Source of the DNA: a virus
Strand: one strand, 5' to 3'
Length of the DNA stretch: 34,619 nt
Virus record (IMG/VR): IMGVR_UViG_3300025101_000083
Each line of letters begins with the position of its first letter. Position 1 is the first letter of the stretch. Of this stretch, positions 25,005-33,525 are shown piece after piece. The notes below the pieces were generated by a model, which ran no database searches, was not told the DNA's origin, and worked only from the letters and a program-made list of their open reading frames with translations. The translations under genes were made by a program, and so were the position numbers.

Positions 25005-26547
25005 GTGCCACAGAGATCCACAAAGTCTAAAAAAAGAGATACAGGGAAAAATCTTAGTAGCTCACAACGGGATAGGGTTCGATTACCCAGTTCTAAACAG
25101 GGTATGGGGTCTAAGAATCAAGCTGCATCAGGTTTTAGACACTCTGGTGTTAAGCAGATTGCTGAACCCAATGAGGACAAAACACTCTCTTGCGTCTTGG
25201 GGAGAGGATCTAGGCTTCCCTAAAACAGAGTTCAACCAGTTCGATCAATACTCAGAAGAGATGAGACAATATTGTATAAATGATGTGAAGGTATTAGAGA
25301 GAGTTTATAATCAACTTATTATGGAGAAAAAGAAACATGGATTTGATGAAACAAGTATACGACTCGAACATGAAGTTTGTGCAATTGTCAGCAAGCAAGT
25401 CAGCAGAGGCTTTAAGCTCAATGTCGAAGGCTGCGAAAGACTATGTGGAGTTCTGTCAGGACGAATGGAAGAAATATGTGAAGGATTACAAAAGTCCTTT
25501 CAGCCAATTGTTCACCAACGAGTCTCAGAAAAAACAGGAAAGCCGTTAAAGGATTATATTGAAGAATTTAATCCAGCATCAAGACAGCAGATATCTAAGA
25601 GGTTACAAGCAGTTGGATGGAAGCCAAAGAAGTTTACAGAGAAAGGTTCAGTCATTGTCGATGAATCGGTTTTACGAGGAGTTGATATTCCAGAAGCAAA
25701 ACTCATCTGTGAATATTTACTCTTACAGAAAAGGCTCTCTCAAGTTACCTCTTGGATTGAAGCTGTATCAGACAAACACAGGGTTCATGGTAAGGTCATT
25801 ACCAATGGAGCAGTAACAGGAAGAATGACACACCACAGTCCTAATCTAGCACAAATACCATCAGTAAACGCAGAATATGGCTCAGAATGTCGTGAGCAAT
25901 GGGTTGTTGACCCTAGCTACAAGCTGGTAGGTATCGATGCTAGTGGCTTAGAGCTACGGATGTTAGCTCACTACATGAATGATGAAGAATACACAAGGGA
26001 GGTAGTTGATGGAGACATACACACTAAGAACCAATTAGCAGCAGGGCTTGACACAAGAGCCAAAGCAAAGACTTTTATTTATGCTTTCTTATATGGTGCA
26101 GGTGCTAAAAAAATAGGTAGTATCACAGGCACAAATGGTGCATCTATTATAAAGAAGTTTATGAAGAACGTACCAGCCCTTGCAGAACTGAAAGAGAAGA
26201 TAACTGTGAACTTAGAAAAGAAGGGAACACTACCAGGCTTGGATGGTAGACGGTTATTTATACGTTCAGAACACGCAGCACTAAATACTTTATTGCAAGG
26301 TGCTGGTGCTATCGTGATGAAGAAGGCTCTTGTGATATTTAATAAGTATATTAAGTTGTATGAACTAGATGCACACTTTGTAGCAAACGTGCATGATGAA
26401 TGGCAGTTAGAAGTAAAAGAAGAAGATGCGGAACTTGTTGGTCAGTTAGGAGTCAGATCAATAGTTAACGCAGGTAGAGCATTGAAGTTAAACTGTCCTT
26501 TGGATGGTGAGTATAAGGTAGGTAATAACTGGAAAGAAACACACTAA
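24904..26547 (+). CDS. family A DNA polymerase (T7 gp5-like, compact)
   Basis: Exo I FLDIETT. Pol motif A DASGLELRMLAH, motif B KTFIYAFLYGAG, motif C NVHDEW. A TAG at 24892 closes the frame upstream. Confidence 0.93.
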   Translation: MIGQQSNLVFLDIETTMDHQKIHLVVTNANGIIKCHRDPQSLKKEIQGKILVAHNGIGFDYPVLNRVWGLRIKLHQVLDTLVLSRLLNPMRTKHSLASWGEDLGFPKTEFNQFDQYSEEMRQYCINDVKVLERVYNQLIMEKKKHGFDETSIRLEHEVCAIVSKQVSRGFKLNVEGCERLCGVLSGRMEEICEGLQKSFQPIVHQRVSEKTGKPLKDYIEEFNPASRQQISKRLQAVGWKPKKFTEKGSVIVDESVLRGVDIPEAKLICEYLLLQKRLSQVTSWIEAVSDKHRVHGKVITNGAVTGRMTHHSPNLAQIPSVNAEYGSECREQWVVDPSYKLVGIDASGLELRMLAHYMNDEEYTREVVDGDIHTKNQLAAGLDTRAKAKTFIYAFLYGAGAKKIGSITGTNGASIIKKFMKNVPALAELKEKITVNLEKKGTLPGLDGRRLFIRSEHAALNTLLQGAGAIVMKKALVIFNKYIKLYELDAHFVANVHDEWQLEVKEEDAELVGQLGVRSIVNAGRALKLNCPLDGEYKVGNNWKETH

Positions 26548-26556
26548 GGAGAATCT

Positions 26557-26964
26557 ATGGAACCCAGAAAGTCAATTAAGTTACAAACTAAGGTTATGTG
26601 GGCTTTTCATAACAAGACAAACGACTTGTCAGAAAAGTATCAGATAGACTTATGTGAATTATCTGAAGGGGCTGTGAAAGCATTACAAGATGAATTAGGA
26701 GTTACAGCTAAGAACAAAGAAGATAAAGGTAACTTTATTACTTGTCGTAGTGTTAGACCCTTGAACATTGTAGACCTTGAAGGAAGTTCATTACAAGATG
26801 TTGCAATTGGTAATGGTTCTAGTGGTGTAGCCATTGTATCTTCCTATGATTGGAAGAGTAAGATGGGTAAAGGTACATCACCAACATTAAAGAAAATGGT
26901 AATAAATGATTTACAGGTGTATGCAGGTGATGTTGAAGACGGTGGTGATGGGGATGTGTTGTAG
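26557..26964 (+). CDS. ssDNA-binding protein (gp2.5-like), putative
   Basis: 135 aa between polymerase and exonuclease. Acidic C-terminal tail DVEDGGDGDVL, as in gp2.5-type SSBs. Confidence 0.5.
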   Translation: MEPRKSIKLQTKVMWAFHNKTNDLSEKYQIDLCELSEGAVKALQDELGVTAKNKEDKGNFITCRSVRPLNIVDLEGSSLQDVAIGNGSSGVAIVSSYDWKSKMGKGTSPTLKKMVINDLQVYAGDVEDGGDGDVL

Positions 26965-27644
26965 TGATTGCTCTAGTTGATGGCGATATTCTTACTTACA
27001 GAGTAGGCTTTGGTTGTGAGGACTCTAGTGAGAGTATCGCTGTCGCTAAACTAGCGGAGTATTTAGAAGACCTTGTGTTTATTCATGCAAACTGTGAAAA
27101 GGCACAAGGTTATCTAACTGGCAGAGGAAACTATAGAGATGATATAGCAGTAACAAAAACATACAAAGGACATAGAATAGGGATAGCAAAGCCAAAGCAT
27201 TTTAACCTTATGCGTGAATACATGGAAAAAGCATGGGGCTTTGAAATGCAAGAAGGACAAGAAGCAGATGATGCCATAGGCATAGAAGCATATAGACTAG
27301 AACCTAGAGATTATGTTATTTGTTCAATTGATAAAGACTTAGATAACTTGAGAGGTTGGCATTACAACTTTCACAGAAATGAAATGTATAATGTTACAGA
27401 AGAAGAAGCTATTAAGAACTTTTATAAACAGTTGTTAACAGGTGACAGAACAGACAATATACCAGGCATTAAGGGTATTGGAAGCAAGAAGGCTGATAAG
27501 ATACTTGATGGATTAGAAGAGGAAGAAGACTTATACAGAGTAGTATTAGAAGAGTATAAATATAATCGTGACTACTTATTAGAACAAGGAAGACTATTAT
27601 GGATACGGAGAAAAAAGGAAGAACTCTGGATGCTACCAGAGTAA
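26964..27644 (+). CDS. 5'-3' exonuclease / flap endonuclease (T7 gp6-like)
   Basis: GTG start. Acidic clusters LVDGDILTYRVGF, GQEADDAIG and SIDKDLDN. H3TH-like PGIKGIGSKKADKIL. Confidence 0.8.
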   Translation: MIALVDGDILTYRVGFGCEDSSESIAVAKLAEYLEDLVFIHANCEKAQGYLTGRGNYRDDIAVTKTYKGHRIGIAKPKHFNLMREYMEKAWGFEMQEGQEADDAIGIEAYRLEPRDYVICSIDKDLDNLRGWHYNFHRNEMYNVTEEEAIKNFYKQLLTGDRTDNIPGIKGIGSKKADKILDGLEEEEDLYRVVLEEYKYNRDYLLEQGRLLWIRRKKEELWMLPE

Positions 27645-27937
27645 CTCTAGTACATTGGAAAGACGCAGTAGCAGATGTTGGATGGGATGATAATATTAAG
27701 TCAGAGTTACATGATTGTACTAGTATAGGTTTTATTATTGATGAAACTAAAGACGCTTTGACTCTAGCAAATACTGTATCACAAGACCAGAGTAATTGTA
27801 GGATAAACATACCTAAGAAGTGGATACTAAAGCGGAAGGATATTAAACTTGAAGACAAGCAGCAGAAAAGGAAAAGGTCGAAGCCTACAACAATGGGTAA
27901 GAGACTTGATAATAGAGAAGTTCAAGTTAACCAGTGA
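27599..27937 (+). CDS. hypothetical protein, 112 aa
   Basis: ATG 27599 has AAGGAAG 8 nt upstream. Overlaps the exonuclease gene by 46 nt and the next gene by 89 nt. Confidence 0.5.
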   Translation: MDTEKKGRTLDATRVTLVHWKDAVADVGWDDNIKSELHDCTSIGFIIDETKDALTLANTVSQDQSNCRINIPKKWILKRKDIKLEDKQQKRKRSKPTTMGKRLDNREVQVNQ

Positions 27938-28193
27938 TGATGTACGTTCAACATCTATGGGTTGTGGCGGTGAAGATATACAGCTATCACCAGTTGCTAG
28001 GAAGAAGCTGAATGTTTCTATTGAATGCAAAAGTAGGGCTAGGGTTGCTGTATACGGCTTCTATGAACAAGCTACAGTTAACTGTCCTAGTGGTGCAGAA
28101 CCAGTTGTTGTGGTTAAGCAAAATAGATGTAGTCCTTTATGTGTGGTTGCTGCTGAACATTATTTTGAACTATTAAGAAAGGCTAACTCTTGA
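27849..28193 (+). CDS. PD-(D/E)xK Holliday-junction resolvase-like endonuclease
   Basis: TTG start with GGAAGGA upstream. Hjc-like layout: RKGKGRSLQQWVRDLI, GGEDIQL (Asp) and SIECKS (E-x-K). Confidence 0.6.
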   Translation: MKTSSRKGKGRSLQQWVRDLIIEKFKLTSDDVRSTSMGCGGEDIQLSPVARKKLNVSIECKSRARVAVYGFYEQATVNCPSGAEPVVVVKQNRCSPLCVVAAEHYFELLRKANS

Positions 28194-28963
28194 AAGCTCA
28201 TCAAAAAAAAAGAAGAGAGGAAATAGCTGAGTTAGAAAGCAAAAACCTCTTAGATTTTTATTGGAATGATATAGATACAGACATAAAAAAAGCAGTGGTT
28301 AAACCAGTATCCTTAAAAGATGCTAAAAAAATTATAGAGCAGTATGAATGGTTAGGATGCTTATCTGCTATAAATAAGTATCAGTTTGGGATTTTCTTTG
28401 ATGGTGTTTGTGCTGGGGTTGTTGTTTATGGGACTGACTACATAGAAAATTTAGGCAAATGGGATAAGTATGGATACACAGGAAAAATAATTTTATTAAA
28501 TAGAGGAGCTTGTGTTCATTGGGCACATCCTCATTCCGCTAGTAAATTAATAAGCACTTCTATAAAAATGTTACCAGATAAATATAAAGTAATAACAGCA
28601 ACTGTAGATGATCTTGCAGGAGAGATAGGGACTATATATCAAGCTTGTAATTTCCACTACATAGGTTCTATGAGAGACTCTAACCCTAATGTTAAAAGTA
28701 AAAAAGGAGATAGATGTGGATGGTTAATTAACAACAAGCTGTATGGAGCCAGAGCTATTAGACAAAAATACGGAACAACACAATTAGAAATAATAAAAAA
28801 ACATCATCCAGATGTCAAAAAGGTAAAACAAAACAGTAAAAAAAGATACTTTTATTTTAAAGGAACAAAAAAAGAAAAAAGAGAATTATTTAGGTCAATA
28901 AAACATTTAGTAAAACCATACCCAAAAAGAAAGGAAACTCTTGAAACATTTAATTATACCTGA
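28190..28963 (+). CDS. Mom-like / GNAT-fold protein (possible DNA base-modification enzyme)
   Basis: TTG start (CTTGA overlap). AKKIIEQYEWLG..YQFGIFFDGVCAGVVVYG...LNRGAC...SASKLIS...GEIGTIYQACNFHYIG follows the pattern I remember for Mom-family proteins. Unverified by search. Confidence 0.4.
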   Translation: MKAHQKKRREEIAELESKNLLDFYWNDIDTDIKKAVVKPVSLKDAKKIIEQYEWLGCLSAINKYQFGIFFDGVCAGVVVYGTDYIENLGKWDKYGYTGKIILLNRGACVHWAHPHSASKLISTSIKMLPDKYKVITATVDDLAGEIGTIYQACNFHYIGSMRDSNPNVKSKKGDRCGWLINNKLYGARAIRQKYGTTQLEIIKKHHPDVKKVKQNSKKRYFYFKGTKKEKRELFRSIKHLVKPYPKRKETLETFNYT

Positions 28964-29702
28964 TACACAAGTTAAACCTGGAGTTGAACTAGGTTATCTT
29001 GAATGGATTGGAAAATATATAGTTGATAAAAAACCTGATGTTATCGTACAGATTGGTGACTTTGCTGATATGCCATCACTATCTTCTTTTGATATAGGTA
29101 AGAAGTCGTTTGAAGGTAGAAGATACAAAGATGATATAGAAGCTGCCAAAGAAGGTATGAACATTTTACTTAACCCGATGAGGGAATATAATGAAAAACG
29201 AAAGAAACAAAAACTCAAGCAATATAGACCCAGAATGGTTCTCACACTTGGCAACCACGAACAAAGAATTGACAGAGCAGTCGAAGGAGACTCTAAACTC
29301 GACGGCACTATTGGTACAGATGATCTCAGATACTCAGAGGCTGGTTGGGAGGTGTTTAGTTTCCTTGATACTGTTAGCATTGACGGGATTGTATATAGTC
29401 ATTACCTTGTAAGTGGTGTTATGGGTAGACCTATTGGTACTGCTTCCGCTATGGTTAACAAGACTCACCAGAGTTGTGTAGTAGGTCACCAGCAAGGTAG
29501 ACAAGTAGCCTATGGCAAAAGAGCAGATGGTTCTATTATCACTTGTATCATAGCTGGTTCTTGTTACTTACACAATGAGGACTATATGAGTATACAGGGT
29601 AATACTCACTGGAGAGGTATCGTGGTGTTACATGACGTACATGACGGTCAGTTTGATGAGATGTTTGTTAGTTTAAAATACTTGAGGAAGAAATATGGAT
29701 AA
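28941..29702 (+). CDS. calcineurin-like metallophosphoesterase
   Basis: TTG start with AAAGGA upstream. Motifs IIPDTQ, QIGDFADM (GDxxD), LGNHEQR (GNHE) and VVGHQQG (GH). Confidence 0.75.
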   Translation: MKHLIIPDTQVKPGVELGYLEWIGKYIVDKKPDVIVQIGDFADMPSLSSFDIGKKSFEGRRYKDDIEAAKEGMNILLNPMREYNEKRKKQKLKQYRPRMVLTLGNHEQRIDRAVEGDSKLDGTIGTDDLRYSEAGWEVFSFLDTVSIDGIVYSHYLVSGVMGRPIGTASAMVNKTHQSCVVGHQQGRQVAYGKRADGSIITCIIAGSCYLHNEDYMSIQGNTHWRGIVVLHDVHDGQFDEMFVSLKYLRKKYG

Positions 29703-30039
29703 TTTTATGCAAAAGAACAATAGAGAAGATGATAAGACAGTAGGAGATTATGTACAAAGAGCTGATCCTCTTTATGATCTAAATCTCTATGAGAATACAA
29801 CTAACGACAAAGTTAATCATCCACCACACTATAACAAAGGCACTATAGAAACATATGATTACATAGTTGATACACTAGGTAAGTTTGAAGCTATTAGTTA
29901 TTGTCAAGGTAACATCATCAAGTATATGACTAGAATGTGGCACAAGGGTAAACCATTAGAAGATGCTGAGAAAGCTGAATGGTATTTAAAGTCTATGATA
30001 GATTTATTAAAAGAAACAAAAGGGAAGAATTGGGGGTAA
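29695..30039 (+). CDS. DUF3310-like protein
   Basis: VNHPPHYNKGTIETYDYI...CQGNIIKYMTRMWHKG...DAEKAEWYL matches the DUF3310 signature from memory. Confidence 0.7.
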   Translation: MDNFMQKNNREDDKTVGDYVQRADPLYDLNLYENTTNDKVNHPPHYNKGTIETYDYIVDTLGKFEAISYCQGNIIKYMTRMWHKGKPLEDAEKAEWYLKSMIDLLKETKGKNWG

Positions 30040-30040
30040 T

Positions 30041-30199
30041 ATGGCATTGACATTAAATGATATATGTGATAGACTTAAAAACCTTGACGAAGTTTCGTTG
30101 CTTGAAGTATTAGATATAGCATCTGAGGACATAGTAGATAGATTTAACGATAGAATAGAAGATAAAGCGGATTTATTAGAAGAGGAGTTAAAAGATTGA
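30041..30199 (+). CDS. 52-aa acidic hypothetical protein
   Basis: Not in the ORF track. Product is MALTLNDICDRLKNLDEVSLLEVLDIASEDIVDRFNDRIEDKADLLEEELKD. Its TGA overlaps the TTG start of the reductase gene (TTGA). Confidence 0.5.
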   Translation: MALTLNDICDRLKNLDEVSLLEVLDIASEDIVDRFNDRIEDKADLLEEELKD

Positions 30200-32085
30200 A
30201 TACATACAGTCAGTTTATAGCAAAGAGTCGTTATGCAAGATACTTAGAAGACCAACAAAGAAGAGAAGATTGGAGTGAGTCTGTTCAAAGATATATGGAC
30301 TTTATGGTTAATCATCTAGAAGCAGAGCATGGTCATATAGTAGAAACACCAACAAAACTAAAAGTACAAGAAGCAATAGAGAAGTTAGAAGTTATGCCAT
30401 CTATGAGGGCTATTATGACTGCTGGTAAGGCACTAGATAGAGACAATACTGCTGGGTATAATTGTTCTTATCTTCCTATTGATGATGTTAAGGCATTTGA
30501 TGAAGCTATGTATATTCTTCTCTGTGGAACAGGTGTAGGGTTCTCTGTAGAGCATAAGTACGTTGAGAAGCTACCAGAAGTCCCTGAGAAGCTATTTGAG
30601 TCTGAGACTAACATAGTAGTAGCTGATAGCAAAGAAGGCTGGGCAAAGGCTCTTAGACAGCTTATAGCCCTATTGTATAGTGGTGAAGTACCTAAGTATG
30701 ACTTATCTAAAGTTAGACCATCAGGAGCTAGGTTAAAAACCTTTGGTGGTAGAGCATCAGGATCAGAACCATTGAATCAATTGTTTCAGTTCACTATCTA
30801 CAAGTTTAAACAGGCTGCTGGTAGGAAGTTATCATCTATTGATTGTCACGATATACTATGTAAGATTGGTGAAGTAGTAGTTGTAGGTGGTGTTAGAAGG
30901 TCAGCTATGATATCACTATCAGACTTAGAAGATGATAAGATGAGAGCCTGTAAGTCTGGTGCCTGGTGGGAATACAATCCACAGAGAGCATTGGCTAACA
31001 ACTCTGCTATGTACGATGAGAAGCCTGATATGAGCCAGTTTATGAAGGAATGGTCTAGCTTGTATGAGAGTAAGTCAGGTGAGCGTGGTATCTTCAGTAG
31101 AGCAGCATCAAAGAGACAAGCTGATAAGAATGGTAGAAGAGATATTAACTATGACTTTGGTACAAACCCTTGTAGTGAGATTATACTTAGACCATACCAG
31201 TTCTGTAATCTAACTGAGGTGGTAGTCAGAGCAGAAGACACACCAGCTGATATAGCAGACAAAGTAGAGATAGCAACAATACTAGGTACATGGCAGTCTA
31301 CACTTACTAAGTTTCCATACTTGCGTAAGGTATGGCAGAAGAACACAGAAGAAGAAAGACTGCTAGGAGTGTCATTAACAGGCATTCTGGATAACAAAGT
31401 AATGGGAGATGTAAATGATGGAGCAAGAAGAATCTTACGAGAACTCAAACAAGTGGCTGTTGAAACAAACGCTAACTTATCTACTCTTCTCGGAATCCCT
31501 CAATCGACTGCTATTACTTGTGTCAAGCCTAGTGGTACTGTGTCTCAGCTTGTTGATTCTGCCAGTGGTATTCATCCTAGACACTCTAGTTATTATATTC
31601 GCAGGGTGCGTGGTGATAAAAAAGACCCTCTTTCCCAGTTCTTAAAAGACCAAGGAGTTCATACTGAAGACTGTGTTATGAAGCCTGATTCTACTGTTGT
31701 ATTCTCATTCCCAATAGAAGCTCCTGAAGGTGCTACAGTTAGAGATGATTTAACAGCTATAGACCATCTTGAGTTGTGGATGATGTATCAGAAGGAGTGG
31801 TGTGAGCATAAGCCATCTGTGACCATAAGCGTCAAGGAAGAGGAATGGATGGAAGTAGGGGCATGGGTATGGAAGAACTTTGATGACATATCAGGTATAT
31901 CATTCCTACCTTATGATGGTGGCTCTTATAGACAAGCTCCATATGAAGAGTGTACAAAAGAAGAGTATGTTAAGCTACTAGGTAACACTCCTCCAAAGAT
32001 AAAATGGAATGAGTTAGTAGAAGTAGATGATAATGTTAAAGGAGTACAAGAGTTAGCTTGTTCTTCAGGAAGCTGCGAGGTTTAA
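30196..32085 (+). CDS. nrdJ: ribonucleotide reductase, class II (adenosylcobalamin-dependent) type
   Basis: TTG start with GAGGAG upstream. N-terminal SRYARY...REDWSESVQRY, active-site NPCSEI, C-terminal redox Cys pair CSSGSCEV. Single-subunit size (629 aa). Confidence 0.85.
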   Translation: MNTYSQFIAKSRYARYLEDQQRREDWSESVQRYMDFMVNHLEAEHGHIVETPTKLKVQEAIEKLEVMPSMRAIMTAGKALDRDNTAGYNCSYLPIDDVKAFDEAMYILLCGTGVGFSVEHKYVEKLPEVPEKLFESETNIVVADSKEGWAKALRQLIALLYSGEVPKYDLSKVRPSGARLKTFGGRASGSEPLNQLFQFTIYKFKQAAGRKLSSIDCHDILCKIGEVVVVGGVRRSAMISLSDLEDDKMRACKSGAWWEYNPQRALANNSAMYDEKPDMSQFMKEWSSLYESKSGERGIFSRAASKRQADKNGRRDINYDFGTNPCSEIILRPYQFCNLTEVVVRAEDTPADIADKVEIATILGTWQSTLTKFPYLRKVWQKNTEEERLLGVSLTGILDNKVMGDVNDGARRILRELKQVAVETNANLSTLLGIPQSTAITCVKPSGTVSQLVDSASGIHPRHSSYYIRRVRGDKKDPLSQFLKDQGVHTEDCVMKPDSTVVFSFPIEAPEGATVRDDLTAIDHLELWMMYQKEWCEHKPSVTISVKEEEWMEVGAWVWKNFDDISGISFLPYDGGSYRQAPYEECTKEEYVKLLGNTPPKIKWNELVEVDDNVKGVQELACSSGSCEV

Positions 32086-32086
32086 T

Positions 32087-32218
32087 ATGTGGGAGATTAC
32101 ACCAATATCAGGAGTAATGGTAGGAGTAGAGTATCAACATGATGCTAATGATTATAAGTATTTAGTTATAGACTTTTTTCTTGTGAGGTTTACTTTTCAT
32201 TATGATGCTAGTGAATAA
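32087..32218 (+). CDS. possible 43-aa ORF
   Basis: ATG 2 nt after the reductase stop. Product is MWEITPISGVMVGVEYQHDANDYKYLVIDFFLVRFTFHYDASE. Overlaps the cytochrome start. Confidence 0.25.
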   Translation: MWEITPISGVMVGVEYQHDANDYKYLVIDFFLVRFTFHYDASE

Positions 32219-32516
32219 AATGATAATACTATTGATAGCACTATTATTTAATCCTGTATTTGCAGGTGATATAAAACTAGGTGAAGCAAAGTTTAATAAG
32301 AACTGTAAGCAGTGTCATGGACCAGCAGGTATGGGTCTAGCTAGTTATCCAAAGGTGTCTGGTAATGATATTGCTTACACTATAGATAGACTAAAAAACT
32401 ATAGAGCAGGTATTGAAATAGGACCAAACTCATCTTTAATGATAATGATGGCTAGACCTTTATCTGATGTAGATATTGAAAACTTAGCAGCTTACTTAAA
32501 GGAAGCAAAGAGGTAA
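32202..32516 (+). CDS. secreted monohaem c-type cytochrome (c4/c553-like)
   Basis: Signal peptide MMLVNKMIILLIALLFNPVFA|GD. Haem motif CKQCH. Distal Met region SSLMIMMA. C-terminal LSDVDIENLAAYL typical of class I cytochromes c. Confidence 0.85.
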   Translation: MMLVNKMIILLIALLFNPVFAGDIKLGEAKFNKNCKQCHGPAGMGLASYPKVSGNDIAYTIDRLKNYRAGIEIGPNSSLMIMMARPLSDVDIENLAAYLKEAKR

Positions 32517-32563
32517 TGCTTAACGATTTATTACACGTTTACGTTCTTATGGAGGTATAAAGT

Positions 32564-32758
32564 ATGATTATGGGTATATTAAATATTATCAAACATGGTG
32601 TACTTATACTGTATGTAAGTTTTATTGTTAGTTTAATTCTAATAGGTGCGGTTGGAGAGTTTGTAGTAGAAGATAAGAGAGGATTACAGGAGTTTTTAGT
32701 AGTAGCTGCTATATTCACTCCAATCTACCTTGCTTTCTTGTGGGGTAAAAATGAGTAA
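32564..32758 (+). CDS. small membrane protein (2 TM), 64 aa
   Basis: GGAGG RBS and two hydrophobic helices. Confidence 0.6.
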   Translation: MIMGILNIIKHGVLILYVSFIVSLILIGAVGEFVVEDKRGLQEFLVVAAIFTPIYLAFLWGKNE

Positions 32759-32996
32759 TATTCTTATATTTATATTAGGATGTAGTGTTAGTTATTTATT
32801 ATTATACCAAGGCAGAGAAGAAATACATGATTTATGGAAGGTAGCTTACAAAATAGGCAAAGATGATGGTACTTCTGTAGCCAAGGCACAGTATGAATGG
32901 ACAGAAGAAAGACTTAGTGAAGAGTGTATGTTGTTACACTTTGAGAAAGATGAGAAGCGTAGAAGTAACCTAGGATTAAAAGGGCTAGGTCAATGA
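32751..32996 (+). CDS. small membrane-anchored protein, 81 aa
   Basis: I prefer ATG 32751 (ATGAGTAA overlap) to the track start at 32730. N-terminal TM helix, charged C-terminus. Confidence 0.55.
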   Translation: MSNILIFILGCSVSYLLLYQGREEIHDLWKVAYKIGKDDGTSVAKAQYEWTEERLSEECMLLHFEKDEKRRSNLGLKGLGQ

Positions 32997-33154
32997 CAAT
33001 AGTTGAATCACCTTGTATTGGTATTTGTGAACTACAAGACAATGTTTGTATTGGCTGTAATAGAACAGTTGAACAAATTACCAATTGGGAAACTATGAGT
33101 CACGAAGAAAAAGAAAAGGTAATAAATTCTTTATCTAGTACGACCATACAGTAG
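32993..33154 (+). CDS. DUF1289-like Cys4 (putative Fe-S/metal-binding) protein, 53 aa
   Basis: Not in the ORF track. ATGA coupling. Product is MTIVESPCIGICELQDNVCIGCNRTVEQITNWETMSHEEKEKVI..., matching the SPCxGxC...CxGCxRT..EI..W signature. Confidence 0.8.
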   Translation: MTIVESPCIGICELQDNVCIGCNRTVEQITNWETMSHEEKEKVINSLSSTTIQ

Positions 33155-33524
33155 GTCTAGGTCTAAAAGTAGAGTTTTCAGATGTATCTAAGTGAATGAA
33201 CCTACCACTGCCTTTCTGTTGCACTCCTATGCCAGTAAAACCAAGCTCAAAAGCTAGTGACATAAGCTGGTAAGCGTCACCTCTACTTACCTTTACATCA
33301 GCAGCTAAACCATCATGGTGAACACCTGGAGTCTTTTTCTTTAGTTCTATAGGGTGTGTTCTTGCTCTGTATCCACTTGTAATCACCATAGGTTGACCAT
33401 AGTATTCTCTTAGTTGATTCATCTTATTGATAAACTCTTGATCCATGTTACACTCACCAGTAGCACTACACTTAAACTCATTTTCACTAAAATACTTACC
33501 CCAGTCTATAATATACTTTTTCAT
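33135..33524 (-). CDS. endolysin, peptidase M15 (zinc D-Ala-D-Ala carboxypeptidase-like) family
   Basis: SGYRARTHP...GVHHDGLAADV...FIHLDT gives an H/D/H zinc-ligand layout. Adjacent to a holin-like gene. Confidence 0.8.
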   Translation of the reverse strand: MKKYIIDWGKYFSENEFKCSATGECNMDQEFINKMNQLREYYGQPMVITSGYRARTHPIELKKKTPGVHHDGLAADVKVSRGDAYQLMSLAFELGFTGIGVQQKGSGRFIHLDTSENSTFRPRPTVWSY

Positions 33525-33525
33525 A

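Noticed and set aside
25005-25816. Out-of-frame ORFs inside the DNA polymerase gene (25005..25223, 25337..25549, 25559..25816)
   Set aside because: They are embedded in a gene whose frame carries all the polymerase motifs. No start context or recognisable features.
27469-28030. Minus-strand ORFs 27469..27858 and 27827..28030
   Set aside because: They are antisense to coupled plus-strand genes in a unidirectional operon. The products are low-complexity Ser/Leu-rich and there is no RBS.
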